From: an uncultured delta proteobacterium
GTDB lineage: Bacteria > Desulfobacterota > WTBG01
Reading direction: 5' to 3'
Length of the DNA: 64,000 bases
Assembly: GCA_963793865.1 (NCBI GenBank)
Contig: CAWCBP010000011.1
Location: 1 to 64,000 of the forward strand
Shown: one piece after another, positions 59,526-64,000 of the stretch
How positions within the stretch are numbered: the stretch's first letter is position 1
How the letters are laid out: each line of letters starts with the position of its first letter
Made by a program: the position numbers and the translations under genes
Notes under the pieces: generated by a model
What the model saw: the letters and a program-made list of their open reading frames with translations, nothing else
Database searches by the model: none
Told to the model about the DNA's origin: nothing

Positions 59526-59535
59526 AGCATACCTG

Positions 59536-59834
59536 AGGGGTCAGGGTTCAGGGTTCAGGGTAAAGCACCTCTGTCTGTAACAATTGGCGCAGCTTGTCTC
59601 GCATATCATGCGCACTCCTACCGGCAAATTTGAAATCCGAATATCGAAGCACGCAATGCAAAGATCAACGCTGAACATTCAACTTCCAACGTCCAACTTT
59701 GAACGAAAAGAAAATTCCTTTTCATTGGATGTTGAACGTTGGACGTTAGAGTTTTGAATTTGTTTTGTGTTTCGAATGTGTAAGTCGGCTGGGTTATCGT
59801 TTCCTGTCGACCCTGCACCCTGATCCCTGTACCC
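59536..59834. repeat. Nested inverted heptamer repeats between purH and purD
   Basis: Outer cagggtt…accctg, middle aaatccgaa…ttcgaa, inner aacgtcc/aacattc…gttggac. Confidence 0.7.
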
Positions 59835-59840
59835 TCTCTT

Positions 59841-61407
59841 TTAATGTTTAAAATGTCTCATGCCGGTGAAGATCATGGCCATGCCGAACTCGTTGGCTGC
59901 AGCGATAACTTCTTTGTCCCTGATGGAACCGCCCGGCTGGATGATGGCGACCGCGCCGGCCTTGGCCGCTTCGTCAACGCTGTCCCTGAAGGGGAACATG
60001 GCGTCTGAGGCCATGCAGGTTCCCTTGATGGGGAACTGGGCCTTGGACACCGCTATTTTCGAGGAGTCGATCCGGCTCATCTGCCCGGCCCCGATGCCGA
60101 TGGTCTGGTCCGGCGTGGTGTACACGATGGCGTTTGACTTGACGTGCTTGCACACCTTCCAGCCGAATGCCAGCGCCTTGTACTCTTCCTCGGTGGGGGT
60201 TCGGGTGGTGACCACCTTGCACTTTTTGATGTCGTCGATCTTGCCCAGGTCCCGCTGCTGGATGAGCATGCCCCCGACCACCTTTTTCATATCAAATCCG
60301 GTGGAGACATAGCCTTTGGTGAAGGGAACTTCGAGCAGGCGGATATCCTTCTTGGCGCTGAAGATGCTTCGGGCTTCCTCCGAGTAGCCCGGGGCGATGA
60401 CCACCTCGGTAAAGATGGAGGTGATGGCCCTGGCCGTCTCTGCGTCGCAGGGCCGGTTGAGGGCGACGATGCCTCCGAAGGCGGAAATGGGATCGCAGGA
60501 CTGAGCCTTGCGGTAGGCATCCGCCAGCGATTGCCGTGGACCGTGCCACCCCGCAGGGATTGGAGTGTTTAATAATCACCACGGCGGTTTCCTCGAATTC
60601 CTTGACCGTATCCAGCGCCGCGTCGGCATCCATGATATTGTTGTAGGAAATCTCTTTTCCCTGCAGCAGGGTCGCGCCCGCGATGCAGGGCTCGTTTATG
60701 GAAAGCTCGCGGTAGAAGGCGCCCTTCTGATGGGGGTTTTCCCCGTAGCGCAGTTTGTAGTCTGCTTTATTGTACTGAAGGGTGATGACTTCGGGGAAGA
60801 GGTCCTTCTCGCCGTCCCGGAGTGAGCCGAGATAGTTGGCAATGGCGCCGTCATAGCGGGCGGTGTTCTGAAAAACCTTTTTGGCCAGCCCGAAGTTGGT
60901 TTCCGCCGACACGCTGCCGCCGCTTCGTTCCATCTCCTCGAGAATCGCCTTGTAATCGCCGGGATCGATGACCACGGTGACATCGGCATGGTTCTTTGCC
61001 GCCGAGCGGATCATGGCCGGCCCCCCGATGTCGATGTTCTCGATGGCATCCTCGAAGGTGCAGCCTTCCTTGGCAATGGTCGCCTCAAAGGGATACAGGT
61101 TGACCACCACCATGTCAATGGGCTCGATCCCGTGTTCCTTCATCTTGCTCACGTGGGCGGGAAGGGAGCGCCGCCCCAGCAGGCCGCCGTGTATCTTGGG
61201 ATGCAGCGTCTTGACCCTGCCGTCGAGCATTTCCGGGAATCCCGTGTAATGGGATACATCCTCCACCTCGAGACCGCTGTCCCGCAAGGCTTGCGCCGTC
61301 CCGCCCGTGGACAGGATGGCAATCTTAAACCTGGATAAACCTTTGGCAAAGTCAACCAGCCCCTGTTTATCCGAAACACTGATGAGCGCCCTTTTAATTG
61401 TAGCCAT
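59841..61407 (-). CDS. purH: Bifunctional AICAR transformylase/IMP cyclohydrolase (one frameshift near 60530)
   Basis: [34 protein letters not shown] then [25 protein letters not shown]. Confidence 0.95.
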
Positions 61408-61437
61408 ACCGTTTCCTCTCCTCTCCTTACCTGTTAG

Positions 61438-62385
61438 TTATTCTGTAATTTCCCCCAGCATGCCCCCCAAAGCCGATACCGGCAGTGAGGTATCTTCTTC
61501 CGGTGCGGTGCCGGGCGCGCTTTCTTTTTCCTTCTCCTGCTCGTCTACATAGATTTTGTTGTCCAGGAACAGCTTGCCTGCAATGCCCTCGCCCTTTTCC
61601 GTCTTCTTGATGATGCCGTTGATCCTGGCAATAACCTCCCGCAACTGGTTGTAAATCTCGTCATCCTGCATCAGCTTGGCAAGCGTGCCCTCGCTGGCGC
61701 TGATTTTTTCGACCGCGCTTCCTATGTCGGTGAGGGTCTTCTTAAGCTCATTATAGACCGCTTCGTCGGTAAGCAGCTTTCCCAGCGTTCCCTCTCCCCG
61801 TTCAAGTCGCTGTGAGACGTTGTTGAGAGACCTGCTGGTTTCTTCAAGGTTGCTGATGATGGACTGCAGCGCACCTCTCTGTTCCGCCTCACCGGCGCCG
61901 CTGCCGGCCGGCCGGGTGATAATCTGAGTGAGATTTTTAATGCCGGCTGCCACGTCGCTCAATTCCGTGAAGAGCTGGTCTATATCTGCCGGCGGGGCTC
62001 CCTGCAGCAGCTCTCCCCCGTCCTTTACGGCCGGTCTGCCGGGCGTGCCGGGCTTAAGCTCGATATACCGCTCGCCGAGCAGTCCTTCCGAGCGGACAAA
62101 CACCAGGGAGTCTTCCGGAAGTGGAAAGTCCCGTGGCAGGCGCATGGTTATCAATGCCTTGTTGCCTTCAAGCGCCAAGGATTCAACCCGGCCCTTGGTA
62201 ACGCCGAGCACCTTGACCGGTGTGTCCTTGAGCAGGCCGGCCGCGGAATCCAGTTTGACCAGCACCTGGTAGCCTTTATCTTTTCCGAAACTCCACTTGC
62301 CCACAGTGGCGGTCATGTAGATCAGCAGGAGGAAGCTGATTACGACAAAGATGCCGACCTTTATTTCTGTGGTCATCCGTGCCAT
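61438..62385 (-). CDS. mlaD: MCE-domain lipid transport protein
   Basis: EIKVGIFV, AGLLKDTPV, GLLGERYIEL, GEGTLGKLL. Confidence 0.85.
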   Translation of the reverse strand: MARMTTEIKVGIFVVISFLLLIYMTATVGKWSFGKDKGYQVLVKLDSAAGLLKDTPVKVLGVTKGRVESLALEGNKALITMRLPRDFPLPEDSLVFVRSEGLLGERYIELKPGTPGRPAVKDGGELLQGAPPADIDQLFTELSDVAAGIKNLTQIITRPAGSGAGEAEQRGALQSIISNLEETSRSLNNVSQRLERGEGTLGKLLTDEAVYNELKKTLTDIGSAVEKISASEGTLAKLMQDDEIYNQLREVIARINGIIKKTEKGEGIAGKLFLDNKIYVDEQEKEKESAPGTAPEEDTSLPVSALGGMLGEITE

Positions 62386-62447
62386 GAATGCAGCTTCGCT
62401 CGTATTATGTCCCAGAAATAACTCATATAAAATGACACGATAAACCC

Positions 62448-62492
62448 GTCGTTGCGAGGAGTCCCGCTAAGGCGGGACAACGAAGCAATCTC
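62448..62492. repeat. GTCATTGCGAG-family repeat
   Basis: gtcgttgcgaggagtcccgctaaggcgggacaacgaagcaatctc. Confidence 0.7.
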
Positions 62493-62560
62493 ATTAAAAA
62501 AGTTTTATAAAATCATAACGCAAGTAAGCGAAGGGTGGGTAAACTGAATCTTTAAACTGC

Positions 62561-63344
62561 CTACAGTTGAAGCTCTGCCCCGGTAATGGGACCTTCCGCC
62601 TTTCCCTGGACGAACTGCTGGACCACGGGATTTGCGGAATTTCTTATCGCGTCGGGTGTACCCGCTTCGATGATCCTGCCCTGGTAGAGCATGGCAATGC
62701 GATCGGCGATCTTATAGGCGCTTACCATGTCGTGGGTGATGGTGATGGAGGTAACCCTGATTTTCCCCCTCATCTCAAGGATCAGCTCGTTGATGGCGTC
62801 CGCCCGGATGGGATCAAGGCCGGTGGTGGGCTCATCGTAAAGCAGGATCTCGGGCTCCATGGCGATTGCCCGCGCCAGGCTGACCCGCTTTCTCATCCCG
62901 CCGCTGAGCGCCGAGGGCATGGAGTCTTCGATTCCGTAAAGGCCCAGCAGGTTCAGCTTTTGGGTGGCCAGCTTCCTGATCTCTTTCTCGCTCAGTTGCG
63001 TGTGCTGGAGCAAGACCGAAGCCCACATTTTCCCAGACGGTGAGCGAATCAAAAAGCGCCCCGGCCTGAAAGAGCATACCAAATTTCTTCCGCAATTGAT
63101 ACAGCTCTTTTTCGCTTAAAGAACCGATGTCCTGACCGGCCACGCGTATGGTTCCCCGCTCTGGGGTCAGAATGCCGATGATGCATTTAATGAGCACACT
63201 TTTCCCGGACCCGCTTCCCCCGATGACCACCAGGCTTTCCCCCCGCCGGACGGTGAGATTGACCCCACGCAGCACATGGTTGTCGCCGAATGACTTGTGC
63301 ACATCGTGAAGTTCGATAAGATTGTGCTCAGTGTCCGGGGTCAT
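62561..63344 (-). CDS. mlaF: ABC transporter ATPase, MlaF type (one frameshift near 63012)
   Basis: GGSGSGKS, FQAGALFDS then LSGGMRKR, YDEPTTGLDP. Confidence 0.88.
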
Positions 63345-63413
63345 GGGAAAGAGGTGCTTTCTGATTATTCACCAATCACTTGACGGTTTCTCTTGCAGAA
63401 ATGCCTAGAGCCG

Positions 63414-63568
63414 GTAGGAGCGGCTTTAAGCCGCGAACACATCGCGCGTGAACGCGCTCCTACCGAAATTTTTGGATCGTATTTAGAGGACAAGACAGAG
63501 TAGTCATTGCGAGGAGCGTAAGCGACGCGGCAATCTAATGAGATTGCTTCGCTGACGCTCGCAATGAC
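63414..63568. repeat. GTAG REP doublet followed by GTCATTGCGAG-family palindrome
   Basis: gtaggagcggc…gcgctcctac (63414..63463); gtcattgcgagg…gcaatct…gagattgc…cgcaatgac (63503..63568). Confidence 0.75.
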
Positions 63569-63727
63569 AGCATATAACTTCAATTTTTTTTGCCTTGGCA
63601 CCGGCAGGCAAGGGGTGTTTTATCCATATTGCGGAAAAATGTCAACGGTATTTGTAGAAAGTGTGTAAGGAACGGGTAAATACAAGTTTTCACAATGAAA
63701 TCTAAGGGAGTTTTACCATAAAATTAA

Positions 63728-63864
63728 TTGCTTTATCGGGCAATATATGTTTTAATACATCTTACTGGTGTTTTTACCGCCACAGGGGGAGAAGTGAAAA
63801 CCACCACGAACATAAACCCTGCTTTTTTCTCAGATGGAGCAATCTGGGAAGGCAGGGATTTTTT
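63728..63864 (+). promoter_or_regulatory. Conserved leader copy 2: sigma70 promoter plus terminator-like hairpin upstream of RBS
   Basis: TTGCTT-17-TTTAAT (63728..63756); CCCTGCTTTTTTCTCAGATGGAGCAATCTGGGAAGGCAGGGA-T6. Confidence 0.7.
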
Positions 63865-63891
63865 ATGCTGAATAAACGAGGAGGAGCTGCG

Positions 63892-64000
63892 ATGAAAAAG
63901 CTATCAATGGTTTGTGTGGTGACGCTCGTTATCCTTTCCACCGGCCAGGCCTTGGCGCTGCCGGGTGCCTATAAAGCTGGTGCGACCTCTATAACCATGG
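63892..64000 (+). CDS. 5' end of an exported protein (truncated by window)
   Basis: GAGGAGG RBS; MKKLSMVCVVTLVILSTGQALALPGAYKAG… with ALA signal peptidase site. Confidence 0.7.
   Translation, partial: MKKLSMVCVVTLVILSTGQALALPGAYKAGATSITM

Noticed and set aside
59841..61407. purH pseudogene or programmed frameshift
   Set aside because: Both halves are fully conserved in an intact pur cluster with no slippery motif noted; sequencing indel is more parsimonious

Overview
Bacterial DNA, most likely from an anaerobic deltaproteobacterium-type (Desulfobacterota-like) organism; this is inferred from gene content only. Bases 1 to ~13,280 form an AT-rich accessory island. It holds a phage-satellite-like integrative element (tyrosine integrase, Xis-type HTH, lambda-O-like initiator with internal iterons, T7 gp4/Twinkle-like primase-helicase, FseA-like activator, second recombinase) plus exported proteins that share one Cys-rich, twin EF-hand/dockerin-like C-terminal module. 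Bases ~13,300-33,500 are a GC-rich, all-minus-strand catabolic cluster: acyl-CoA dehydrogenase behind a perfect FadR/YsiA-type operator, a degenerate FdhA-like protein with a group-4 [NiFe]-hydrogenase lacking membrane subunits, a nitrilase-family hydrolase, a V4R-like protein, SnoaL and two MaoC dehydratases, a 2-oxoacid/acetoin dehydrogenase complex and lipoate genes (lplA, gcvH, lipA, lipB, lipA). The rest is mostly housekeeping (cutA, argS, AOR, RNase Z-like, UDG, carbonic anhydrase, ctpA-envC-ftsXE, transketolase, tsaC, purE/D/H, mlaDF) plus a large Cys-rich repeat exported protein. Many single-base frameshifts, including one in purH, look like sequencing indels. The most striking unexplained signal is a conserved promoter + covarying terminator hairpin + RBS leader found twice, 51 kb apart, in front of two predicted exported-protein genes. 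All family assignments come from motif recognition by eye, not database searches.
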